Shown: positions 45,425 to 54,828 of the stretch, in pieces
Position numbering within the stretch: the stretch's first letter is position 1
Layout of the letters: each line of letters begins with the position of its first letter
Assembly: GCA_011364985.1 (NCBI GenBank)
Contig: RDOC01000008.1
Span: 1 to 58,285, forward strand
Length of the DNA: 58,285 nt
Reading direction: 5' to 3'
Source of the DNA: Candidatus Thorarchaeota archaeon
GTDB taxonomy: Archaea > Asgardarchaeota > Thorarchaeia > Thorarchaeales > Thorarchaeaceae
The notes under the pieces: model-generated
Told to the model about the DNA's origin: nothing
The model's database searches: none
The model's input: only the letters and a program-made list of their open reading frames with translations
Position numbers and translations under genes: made by a program

Positions 45425-46063
45425 ATGCAATCGTCCTCCGAAGCCCATATCTTGGATATCACAAGGAGCAGCAAATATGAAACGTATCTACATAGGTGCC
45501 TCACAGGGCCGCTATCCAAACGGTACAGGAAGCGACTAGCATTCTTAGATACGGCAATCCCGTGCGGGTTTCACAAGAAGCTGCTCATTTACAAAAGCGA
45601 AATCATCGGGACAATAGAATATTCTCCGTCGGAGATTTCATACTATCCCATAAAGGGCAAAGACATCGTCGTGATGAACTGCATCTGGGTGCTAAGAAAG
45701 GCAAAAGGTCATAACTTCGGGCGGATGCTCATCAAGGACATGCTGGAGAGAGAAAAGGAGGCCAGTGGGTTCTCTACCATTGGACTGACTGGACATTGGA
45801 GCCCATGGTTCAGGAAGGAGCAGATGGAGCACCTTGGATTCAAGTCACTGGACTCGATGAGTGTCGTTCACATGACTAAGCATCGAGACAGGCCATTCAG
45901 TATTCATCTCATGTGGATGCCTATAGCAGAGGATGCTGTGCCTCCGTCATGGGATCAGGGACGATTGCTGGAAGGCATAACGGCCTGCATTGCTCATCCT
46001 CTGTATCATCCCCAGTCGTACAAACCCCAGTGCATCTTCCAAGAAACACGCGGCCAGATCTAG
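45425..46063 (+). CDS. GNAT-like (YoaP-like) acetyltransferase
   Basis: GTIEYSP, MNCIWV.RKAKGHNFGRML. Confidence 0.7.
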   Translation: MQSSSEAHILDITRSSKYETYLHRCLTGPLSKRYRKRLAFLDTAIPCGFHKKLLIYKSEIIGTIEYSPSEISYYPIKGKDIVVMNCIWVLRKAKGHNFGRMLIKDMLEREKEASGFSTIGLTGHWSPWFRKEQMEHLGFKSLDSMSVVHMTKHRDRPFSIHLMWMPIAEDAVPPSWDQGRLLEGITACIAHPLYHPQSYKPQCIFQETRGQI

Positions 46064-46358
46064 AGAAACTGGATTCTCGCAGGTTAGTCGAAAATACATC
46101 TCATGAAGTGTGTCAAAGTTTGCAAAGCCAATAAGCGCCATTTCATCTTGTGCTATGCTGAAGTATACTCAGCTAGAACCCCTCCTAGGTCTGAAGCGAC
46201 TGAAACAGGTAATAGAAACAGGTTTCTCAGTACCAGCAAGGTGGCTAGAATGCAAAGGGGGGTTACTCTTCTTTTTCATGTTATTCAATTATCCAAAAAA
46301 TATAATAACAACTTGAATATCCTTCTACGATGGTCTTCCGTAGGTGGAATGGGTGTAT

Positions 46359-46739
46359 ATGATTTCACATGTTAGGTTAATCGGAATCATTGTTGTGTTT
46401 TCATTGATATTTGCTGTCTTGCCCTTGACAGATGGGCTATTCATCTTTCACGATAACGACTCTTCGCAGATTCGCTACTCGGAGCCTGCCGCCATTGAAT
46501 GGTCTGATGACTTTGAAGATGGCAATTATGATGAATGGACAGTCAACAGAGGAGGGTATTCAGCCACAGATGGTGTAATGAGAGGGACCTATTCAAGTTT
46601 CAACTGGGCACACCATTCAAGTACAACAGCTTTGGGCACTTGGAGCTTTGACTTTTACTTTAGAGGTACCAACGGCATGTCAGTGTGGTTCATCTGTAAT
46701 GAGCTAGTTGGGGCTGACTATAATCGACCGGGAGAGGGT
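46359..46739 (+). pseudogene. 5' part of a secreted-protein gene interrupted by the mobile element
   Basis: Signal peptide, WSDDFEDGNYDEW, ends ...RPGEG; continues in frame at 54861 (YYIEI...). Confidence 0.85.
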
Positions 46740-46759
46740 ATGCTACAGTAATAGAATAA

Positions 46760-46778
46760 CTAGATAATCCTAGACATT
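46760..46778 (+). repeat. Left subterminal inverted repeat
   Basis: CTAGATAATCCTAGACATT, 17/19 match to the reverse complement of 54827-54845. Confidence 0.8.
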
Positions 46779-46805
46779 GATTAAGTGACTATTTAAAGAA
46801 TTGTT

Positions 46806-47426
46806 ATGTACTCGGTATCACAAGCTGCACTCAGACTAGGAGTATGCGTCAGAACCATACATCGATGGGACAAGACAGGCAAACTCCGTTGTTTCAGGAC
46901 GGTGGGTGGACATCGTCGTATCCCACTCGCAGAGGTCAATCGACTCCTAGGACTCATGCATCGTGACCTCATACAACAACCATCCAAGAAACGTTGTGCG
47001 ATCTATGCTAGGGTTTCAAGTCATCGTCAGAAGACTGCTGGTGACCTTGATCGACAACTCAAGCTCCTCACAAAGGAGTGTCGGAAACGTTTCAAAACCA
47101 GTCCTCTAGTTTTCTCCGACATCGGTTCAGGACTCAACATGCGACGAAGGGGACTCTCCAGACTATTCAGCCTTGCAAAGAGCGGTTCCATTCACACACT
47201 CATCATCACTCATAGGGATAGACTCACTCGTTTCGGCCTGGAACTACTAGAACGTATTCTCAATGATTATGGTGTCAGGTTGGAGGTCCTCTATCAACCC
47301 GAACAGCAATCTCCTCAAGAAGAACTTGTCACTGACCTCATGTCATTGATAGCATCCTTCTCAGGTAGAGTCTATGAACTACGAGCTCATCAGTCCAAAC
47401 GGATTAACCTTCCTCAAAGAACTTGA
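46806..47426 (+). CDS. tnpA: IS607-family transposase (serine recombinase with N-terminal MerR-like HTH)
   Basis: AALRLGVCVRTIHRWDKTGK..RTVGGHRR HTH; YARVSS (catalytic S71); DIGSG; DRLTRFG; ELVTDLMSLIASFSGRVY. Confidence 0.95.
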   Translation: MYSVSQAALRLGVCVRTIHRWDKTGKLRCFRTVGGHRRIPLAEVNRLLGLMHRDLIQQPSKKRCAIYARVSSHRQKTAGDLDRQLKLLTKECRKRFKTSPLVFSDIGSGLNMRRRGLSRLFSLAKSGSIHTLIITHRDRLTRFGLELLERILNDYGVRLEVLYQPEQQSPQEELVTDLMSLIASFSGRVYELRAHQSKRINLPQRT

Positions 47427-50400
47427 CCCCCTTCTTCTCTAGGACTTCCTTCACTTCTTCTATTATCTCTCTCAAGTCATTCTCTCCAAGACCATAGGGT
47501 GAAAGAGATGCAGTCACTTCTGAGATCACTTGTTCAGAATAGATTGCTCCTGCATATTCAGTATCATGTCTTAATTTGAGTATATTCTGCAGGACAATCT
47601 CTTCTGTATCCTCACCAGTGTTAGATTCCAAGCTTACAATCACCCCATCATATTGACGACTATATTCAATCTTCTTGACTGAGAATGAAACACCATCATA
47701 CATCTCTGCAAGCACTCGTTCCCTCTCACGCATCATTTCCAGATGCTTCTCATGTGCCTCTCGAATCTTAGATTCTATTCTTTCAGGATCTCTCTCCTCA
47801 GCTAACAATGCCTCGTATAGTTGAGAGTATTCTTGAACTCTTGAGAAACGAAAACCCGCATCCACAAGCGGTACTACATCAAGTTCTACAGGATGCCAGA
47901 CTTCCTTCTTAGGATCATATAGCTCCTTACAGTCAGCAAGTAATCCCATTGCAAAGACGTCGAATGTGACATTCTCTAATTCCCTTAAGATATGATCCCT
48001 CGCAAGGTCTTTCAATTCTAAACGATAACTATCACCTTCTGGGTGTATCACAATTGTAATGCTGTTTTTTGTTATTGATCTAAGATATTCACTACAGGTC
48101 TTGGGATAATAGAACTCATCGGGATAGAATCTGCTTCGATGAACAAGAGGTCTTAAGAAGAAGAGTTCGTCGCCATAGTCTATATCTTGACTTCTATCCC
48201 ACATCAGAGCTTGTCCATTTAGAAGATATCCACTACTGAATCGGATATGATATTGCAGGAACCGAGTGACCTCGTCGGTCCTTGAGAACTCCAAGTATTC
48301 ATCCACCTTTTCTCCGAACAGATTCACCACGTAGGTCTCATTTTCACGGTTCACACTCAGTAGCACATTCACAGGAACTTGTTCCTTCTTGACCCCTGCG
48401 ATTCTCAAAAGCACTTCATCTACTGAATCGGGGATAGATGGGACTGTATTGGGAGGAGCAAGCAGGGGAGTTTCACTAAGTATAAGATATGGGACCACAT
48501 CATTGCGACCGCTGGACTCGCCATGCCTTTCCAGACGGAGGGACATCCATGTAATATCCTGATCCTCATCCATCAGAGGGATCCAGAGTACCTGCTCTCC
48601 CAGAATCTCTGTGGATATCAGAGGTGTTCTATTCGTTGACGAGAGTGCATCCTGAGCAAACTTCCTAATTCTCTGAGTCTTGATCTCACATTGATGATAC
48701 TTTGGACTTATGAGTGTATCACGCAATCCTTCGATAAGAGCTGTGAGGAATCCTTCCTCTTGGGGTATCAACAGCATTGCATTGAAAGTATATTCTGACT
48801 CTTCCCAGATGATTGCACCTGTCTGTCTTTGCTCCACCTCATGATCAGGAGTAGAATCCATTGGTACTGGGAAGGTCTCAACATGTGTTCTTAGACTGGA
48901 AATGATTGCTTGAAAACTATACACCCATCTTATCTTATCATCGTGATTTTTCATTCCTAGTTGGTAGAACATCCATTCAGCAATTGAGTTCCAGAGACGT
49001 TCAGCGACTGAGAGACCTCGACCTCCAAGGACTACCAAGACCGCTAGGAATAGGTTATTCCCATATAGATGAAGGACATCTGCATTTCTCTTGATTATCT
49101 CATCCATCACATCTCTGTTCTCCGTGTTCAACAGATCAACAAGTTGCATCCGAACTGGGGCAAGGTGCTTCCAGACTTTGGCAGCATTCTCCTCCTTGAG
49201 GATGAGTTCCTTGATCTTCTTCAATGATGCAAGAAAGAACTCTGGAGTCTTTACAGACGGATGTTCTCGTAAGATGGCAAACTGTGTGGCACAGAATCCC
49301 TCAATCTTCTTGCACTGTAGTCTTATTCCTTCTGGAACGAACTTTTGGTCTTTCAAGTATCTCGTGGCATATTGTATTCTTCGCAGTTCAGATTCCCTTG
49401 TCTCTAACGTGTCAATCAAGCTTCCAAGGAGTTCATTGACTACTGGTGGTGAGTTAGAGATATACTGTTCATCCTCATCGATGAAGAGTTGAGTGGGAGT
49501 TCTCTCATAGTCCCACCCTCTGGTGATCTCATCAGCATTGGTATATTGCGGTTCACCTCTCTTAGGGATTGGTGGAGGTCTCAAGACCTCTAGTTTCAAT
49601 CTATCACCAAGGGATGGACCATAATTCGAACCTACTTCATGAGGAACAGATTGCCATAAGACGTCTTCTTCTGCATGTTCTTCTGTGGATTCTTCATCGG
49701 TCTCTTCGTCGATTTCTTCATCAGGTTGACCTCCTCTATCTCGAAGGACACTCGGAATAAGAGAGAGGGCATTTGTCAATACTTCTGTATATGATTCCGC
49801 GGACAGTTTCCCAGTTGATGCATATATGCTTGAGAGACTCACATTCCGTCCATACATCCTCAAAGGTTCATCTGAGAATCTCTCCACTTCATCAAATGAG
49901 TACGTTCGCTTTCTCTCAGATAGACCTTTGAATTTCAACGTTAGTCCAGTTAACTGTGGAACATGAATAGGAACGTGCCATGGCTGTACTTTTACTGGAT
50001 AGTCCTGAATGATTATTCGGACATCTTCTTGTTGAGGGTATGTCCATCCAAGAGTCCAAGGACATGTTGGAACATTATAGAGTATTTCATCCAGATGAAA
50101 CCTGCGGGGTGAGTCATGACGAAGGGGTTTGATGCATTTATGCTGATAGAATCTATTCATCTTGGTGTGTGGGGTTTCACTATCTATCCAGATGATCTCA
50201 ATATCGGAAGGTGGTAGGGTCTCTAGAAGCTGGAGTTCAAGAGCACGCAAGATATTCTGCTGGTGCTTAGGTATCATCTGCTTGATCTCCACCCAACCAT
50301 CAAGAACTATGATTCGTTTTCCTTCTTTATCCCTAGGAATCAAGAAACGAAGATGTTGATCCAGTGTGTCAAGGGCATTTGTTCGATTATCGAATATCAT

Positions 50401-52491
50401 GGTGATGAATCCACTGAGGTTGATGAACTTGATATCTCGCAAAGTATTGCTCAGTTGGTCATGGATGTCTCTTGAAATCTTCTTCTCCTGGTATAACTCT
50501 CTGATGCCAAAACGCTTCTCCACAAGTTCCTGACATCTATAGTCACCAGTTAGGTCCAGCCAAATGGCATCAGTCGATTCTGTAGAACCCTCAATGCATT
50601 CTCGGATATGATGAAGTAAGTGCCAGCTGGTAGAGATTCTTGAAGCAGTCTTCCCAGATGAAGTTGAAGAATCAATGGGTATGTAAAGTGTCAGAGTTCT
50701 ATCATCACCTTCACGTTCTGCAAAGGGGTCCTCCTCAGGTAGCGTCAGGATATTTTCCATCTCGTCGAGAAGTTGAGCAGGTCCTTCAGTGGGTGCGATA
50801 AGTAGACATACACGCGGTACGTCACATCCTATGGAAAGAGGCTCAGGAGTTATGGAAACTGGTTCTTGATTGATAAGCTGTTGAAGAAGTCCTGTTGTTA
50901 GGTTCTCAAGAAGGAACTGAAATGCAGGAAATACATCAGCAGGTAGCTGTTCTGTATCCAGTACAATAATACCCTTCCAGAGAGAACTTGGAGGACTTGG
51001 GTCATGCGGAGCAACTTGTTTGTATTCATTCAACAACTCGTTGCTGTATTCGGTTAATTGAGCAAATGCGGAAGCATCTGGTCTAGAGGTGACAATGGAG
51101 TTCCACTCGTCCAAACTCAATGCACGTTTCCAGGTGTAGAATGCTGGAGTGACTGTCTTTGAGCGTTTTCTCTTGATGTTCATTCCGAAGAGGTTGAAGT
51201 TGAATCCAGTCTTCGTCTTTATCTCAAGGACCATCACAGGAGTCCACAATATCCGTTTAGCGACCATGCGTCTGATGAACACTGTCAGGTCTACCTTACC
51301 AGAGTATCTTGCCACTGGAAGTTCAGCAACGATCAAGATTGACGAAGGTTCATCAAGCATCCTGTCTCCTGAACAAACGACCTGTTTCAATGACACGGGA
51401 TGATGAAGGTCAGACATGAGTATTCTGTGCCACTGATTTCCCTCTCGACTATTCATACCTTGGACCATGTCGATAAGCTTCTCTATGTCCCGTACCACAA
51501 TGTCCTCTGAATCGATGTGGTCTAATAGATTCTGTAAAGCCTCCTTTTCCTGTTGGTCGTTTATCTTCTTCAAAGCAATCATTGCTTTTTCTCTAACAAG
51601 TTCAATGGTTGGTTCGAGGATGACCTCATTCCTGTGAGAGACCCGTTTTCTGACCTTTGAGCGCTTTCTATAGAGAGTACGGATCTCCACTACAATTTTT
51701 CTGAGGACCTTGTCAGCATCAGGGTTGAAGTTATTCCTTCCCCTTCTTCCTCCAGTGTACACCCAATCTAAGAAGGGTTTGAGATCATGGATAAGGAGGC
51801 AGATGTAACGGTGAGCTTCGTTCATTGGAACATCGTAGATGAAACATTGACGGCACAGCTCTACGCAGTGAGCACGAATCATATCCACAAAGTCCAGCCC
51901 AGAGAGAGTCGGGTGTGATAGGAATACTCGGGGAAGTTTGCGTTTCCGTTCATATCCGAACTTGTAGTATGTCTTGGTTGCATTAGGATCTTCCTTACTC
52001 TCCCCCCTCTGTGAGGGTGTCAATATTATCTTACTACCGTCTGCGTACTCTCGTACCTCGAACTTCTCAGGTTCAGGAAAAGGATACAGAGTCATAGCAA
52101 GGTCTCTGAGTCGCGCACCTGCATAGTTCAGAAGAGAGTTCAAAGTGCCCACAGAACCTTCCAACCAACTATACACACGTTTTGTTTCCCTATTACCATA
52201 ACGTCGAGTGCTTGACCAAGTGCTCTTGAGAAATCGACATCTCATATTCGGTTCAGCATTCTGGATAGGAGTAAGGTCTGGATATCTTGGATTCTGTTCC
52301 TCAAATGCCGCTTTTGCCTTGACCCACATCCTCTCTATACTGTTGTAGTATCTCCGAGTCTTCTTATTCGTCCGGTTCCGTGCAAGACGAATCAATGCCA
52401 CTAGACCCATGTAGATTGAATTGCTAAGGACTGTATTGGGGTCTGTGGTCATCCTCTTGCGGGTTTTCATTGTTATAACAAGTGGTTCCAT
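47404..52491 (-). CDS. 1,695-aa cargo protein with a RecB-like PD-(D/E)XK nuclease domain and a degenerate P-loop region
   Basis: G351xxxH355, E390, GKVD401, E423IK425, Q478LxxY482; SSTSSGK614T and IIVLD731. Confidence 0.7.
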   Translation of the reverse strand: MEPLVITMKTRKRMTTDPNTVLSNSIYMGLVALIRLARNRTNKKTRRYYNSIERMWVKAKAAFEEQNPRYPDLTPIQNAEPNMRCRFLKSTWSSTRRYGNRETKRVYSWLEGSVGTLNSLLNYAGARLRDLAMTLYPFPEPEKFEVREYADGSKIILTPSQRGESKEDPNATKTYYKFGYERKRKLPRVFLSHPTLSGLDFVDMIRAHCVELCRQCFIYDVPMNEAHRYICLLIHDLKPFLDWVYTGGRRGRNNFNPDADKVLRKIVVEIRTLYRKRSKVRKRVSHRNEVILEPTIELVREKAMIALKKINDQQEKEALQNLLDHIDSEDIVVRDIEKLIDMVQGMNSREGNQWHRILMSDLHHPVSLKQVVCSGDRMLDEPSSILIVAELPVARYSGKVDLTVFIRRMVAKRILWTPVMVLEIKTKTGFNFNLFGMNIKRKRSKTVTPAFYTWKRALSLDEWNSIVTSRPDASAFAQLTEYSNELLNEYKQVAPHDPSPPSSLWKGIIVLDTEQLPADVFPAFQFLLENLTTGLLQQLINQEPVSITPEPLSIGCDVPRVCLLIAPTEGPAQLLDEMENILTLPEEDPFAEREGDDRTLTLYIPIDSSTSSGKTASRISTSWHLLHHIRECIEGSTESTDAIWLDLTGDYRCQELVEKRFGIRELYQEKKISRDIHDQLSNTLRDIKFINLSGFITMIFDNRTNALDTLDQHLRFLIPRDKEGKRIIVLDGWVEIKQMIPKHQQNILRALELQLLETLPPSDIEIIWIDSETPHTKMNRFYQHKCIKPLRHDSPRRFHLDEILYNVPTCPWTLGWTYPQQEDVRIIIQDYPVKVQPWHVPIHVPQLTGLTLKFKGLSERKRTYSFDEVERFSDEPLRMYGRNVSLSSIYASTGKLSAESYTEVLTNALSLIPSVLRDRGGQPDEEIDEETDEESTEEHAEEDVLWQSVPHEVGSNYGPSLGDRLKLEVLRPPPIPKRGEPQYTNADEITRGWDYERTPTQLFIDEDEQYISNSPPVVNELLGSLIDTLETRESELRRIQYATRYLKDQKFVPEGIRLQCKKIEGFCATQFAILREHPSVKTPEFFLASLKKIKELILKEENAAKVWKHLAPVRMQLVDLLNTENRDVMDEIIKRNADVLHLYGNNLFLAVLVVLGGRGLSVAERLWNSIAEWMFYQLGMKNHDDKIRWVYSFQAIISSLRTHVETFPVPMDSTPDHEVEQRQTGAIIWEESEYTFNAMLLIPQEEGFLTALIEGLRDTLISPKYHQCEIKTQRIRKFAQDALSSTNRTPLISTEILGEQVLWIPLMDEDQDITWMSLRLERHGESSGRNDVVPYLILSETPLLAPPNTVPSIPDSVDEVLLRIAGVKKEQVPVNVLLSVNRENETYVVNLFGEKVDEYLEFSRTDEVTRFLQYHIRFSSGYLLNGQALMWDRSQDIDYGDELFFLRPLVHRSRFYPDEFYYPKTCSEYLRSITKNSITIVIHPEGDSYRLELKDLARDHILRELENVTFDVFAMGLLADCKELYDPKKEVWHPVELDVVPLVDAGFRFSRVQEYSQLYEALLAEERDPERIESKIREAHEKHLEMMRERERVLAEMYDGVSFSVKKIEYSRQYDGVIVSLESNTGEDTEEIVLQNILKLRHDTEYAGAIYSEQVISEVTASLSPYGLGENDLREIIEEVKEVLEKKGVKFFEEG

Positions 52492-52662
52492 ACTAAAATA
52501 TTTATCCTATTCGTTGGCAAAACAAAACCATTTATTTTATAAATAAAGCACTATTATGCCTTTATTTTTAGTTTTAACCAATAATAGGAACAAATTTTGA
52601 TAAACTTAAATATAATTCAGGAGAATATATAGTATATCACTCGATTAGAGAGAGGTGTAAGA
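52492..52662. promoter_or_regulatory. AT-rich divergent promoter region between cargo gene and tnpB
   Basis: TTTATAAA (52536-52543), TTAAATAT (52606-52613), SD-like GAGGTG (52652-52657). Confidence 0.6.
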
Positions 52663-54828
52663 TTGATGACGAAGAAAGTCCGGCGCCATTCCCGGAAGCA
52701 GATGAAGACTAGTGATAGTGGTCAGACGCAAAAGACAATGGATGGCAAACTTAAATATGATTCATCAAAAACACACCAAACGACTGGATTGAAGTATCTC
52801 ACTGAATCATTCATCCTCTGTTCATTGAATAGGGAAGTGAATAAGAAGGGAAAGGGAAGAAAACCTGACCCTCGATATAGAAGAAGCAATCCAGAAATAG
52901 TGAAGCAACAAATCCAGACAGTGACCGGACGAAAGGTCATTGATTCCGACCTCTCTTTGATTGGGATGTATTTCGAAAAGTATGTTGAAATGGTTAACCT
53001 TGTTCTTGAAAGAGTCTACTCAGGTGAGCAACGGGTAGAGTTTCTCGGTGATGAGTTGAACTCCTATCGAGGACAGGGATATACTCTGTTGAAGAAGGAG
53101 AATTACCTTTCCTACAAGGACAACAAAGACATACAGGCTCAGTGCTTTGAGCGGATGTACAGGAATGTCCTTGAACAAGCAGCCAGGATTATCTACTCTG
53201 ACTGGATGCGAAGACAGCTCATGAAGAGTGCGATAGAGTATGTCTCTGAGAATAGACCTTCTCTGATCTCACTATTGAAGAACAAGTATATTCCTTTTAG
53301 AATGATCAAGGAAGTCAGAGCTAAGTGTGAGAGTATAAAGGACAATGGTACTGGTTACTACTACACAGTCTCTGTTCTGAAACAACTAAGGAAGAGTCTG
53401 GATGAGTATATCCTCTCTGAACGAGGAGAACCACTTGGTTTCAGAGGTTATCAAAGAAAGAGAGTAAGGAAGTATATCAAAGATAAGACTGAATCTGTTG
53501 CAGTATTGGCTTTGGTTGATGTGCTTCTTCATGAATTTGAAACTAACGGTTATCCTTTCTCAACACCTAAGATGCAGTCCTATGCACAGGACTTCTCTGC
53601 TAGTACTGAGAACAGTCCAGGACAGGGTTACTGGTATTCATTGGACAAGGAAAAGGACAATGAGGTCATATTTTTCCTCAAACTTCCCGAGCCTATCATT
53701 GGCAAGGAAGCTGAGGGGTCTCCATTCAGAACTAAAACAATCTGCTTCAGGTATCTTGATTGGATGCCTCGAGCTGCTGCAAAGGACCGAGTAAAGGCTG
53801 CTACTGCTGAGAAAGAATGTAAGTACTATCGAGCTAAGAAGCTGAGATTCAGAGCTCGAAAGTACGAGGATATGCACCAACAGCTATTGAATACCACCGA
53901 ACTACAACATGCTACGTACCAACTAACTCGACTCAAAAACAGAAAGGAGAAAGATCTCAATAGGATAAAGGAGCTTCAAGAGAGGATATCAACTCTAAGG
54001 AAAGAGCGAAGGTGTGCACCACCAAAACTTCTTCTTAGAGATAACAGAGTGACATTACAGATACCATTCCAGCCACCCACGAGAGAGATGGTGGATGAGG
54101 AACTTGGACCACGGACCTATAGAAGGAGAGCCGGAGCTGACCGTGGAGTCCGAGTACCCATCGTACTTTCCACTCGTGATGGTAACGGAGGATTTGTAGA
54201 CGAAATGGTCCCCTTTGACCATCTCATTTCAAAGAGGGACTTTCTACGAGGACAGACCCGCAAACTCACTTCTCAAGTGAGAAGGATGCAGATTAACTGG
54301 GAACGAAAACATACTAAGAAGAGCTATCCCCGTCACTTCCTTAAGAAGGACCGACACCTCTCCGCGATATGGAGGAAGGTCCGTAGACTGGACACAGAGA
54401 TTGCCCGACAAGTGGCTAGTCAGACTGTCTGGTTCTGTGAAGAGTATGGAGTTAGAACTCTGTACTTTGAGAACCTGAAGAACTACTCTACCCCAGCTGG
54501 TTGGGGTACGTTGTCTTGGAGATTGAGTTCAAATCTCTGGTCAAAGGTATTTGATACAGTAGTCTACATGCGTCAGAGTCTTGGACATAAGAGAGGAGGA
54601 GTATGGACGGTCAGTCCCGCATGGACCTCTCAGAAGTGTCATGTCTGCGGAGAAAAAGGCATACGCGTGGAGTCAAAGGGCTCTACTGACGAGAAGAAGG
54701 GAGGTGCATACTTCTACTGTGAGAGCTGTGGGTGTTCCCTCCATGCGGATGTCAATGCCGCACGAAATATTATTGAGGTTCATACATCACGACCCAGAGT
54801 CGTTGCTGGGCAGATGACCTTGACATAA
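52663..54828 (+). CDS. tnpB: Large TnpB/Cas12-like RNA-guided RuvC endonuclease (721 aa)
   Basis: RuvC-I AGAD493RG, RuvC-II YFE603NL, TSQKCHVCG...CESCG zinc ribbon, RuvC-III HAD696VNAARNI. Confidence 0.88.
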   Translation: MMTKKVRRHSRKQMKTSDSGQTQKTMDGKLKYDSSKTHQTTGLKYLTESFILCSLNREVNKKGKGRKPDPRYRRSNPEIVKQQIQTVTGRKVIDSDLSLIGMYFEKYVEMVNLVLERVYSGEQRVEFLGDELNSYRGQGYTLLKKENYLSYKDNKDIQAQCFERMYRNVLEQAARIIYSDWMRRQLMKSAIEYVSENRPSLISLLKNKYIPFRMIKEVRAKCESIKDNGTGYYYTVSVLKQLRKSLDEYILSERGEPLGFRGYQRKRVRKYIKDKTESVAVLALVDVLLHEFETNGYPFSTPKMQSYAQDFSASTENSPGQGYWYSLDKEKDNEVIFFLKLPEPIIGKEAEGSPFRTKTICFRYLDWMPRAAAKDRVKAATAEKECKYYRAKKLRFRARKYEDMHQQLLNTTELQHATYQLTRLKNRKEKDLNRIKELQERISTLRKERRCAPPKLLLRDNRVTLQIPFQPPTREMVDEELGPRTYRRRAGADRGVRVPIVLSTRDGNGGFVDEMVPFDHLISKRDFLRGQTRKLTSQVRRMQINWERKHTKKSYPRHFLKKDRHLSAIWRKVRRLDTEIARQVASQTVWFCEEYGVRTLYFENLKNYSTPAGWGTLSWRLSSNLWSKVFDTVVYMRQSLGHKRGGVWTVSPAWTSQKCHVCGEKGIRVESKGSTDEKKGGAYFYCESCGCSLHADVNAARNIIEVHTSRPRVVAGQMTLT

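Noticed and set aside
46737-46739. GGT as a DDE-type target-site duplication
   Set aside because: No DDE transposase is present; a shared crossover core fits the serine recombinase better.
46344-46751. 135-aa and 333-aa (55050-56051) ORFs as independent genes
   Set aside because: They are two halves of one gene split by the element; the MLQ* ending comes from element sequence.
46740-46805. Group I intron (IStron) at the left end of the element
   Set aside because: Only 66 bp lie between the junction and the tnpA start, too little for a ribozyme core.
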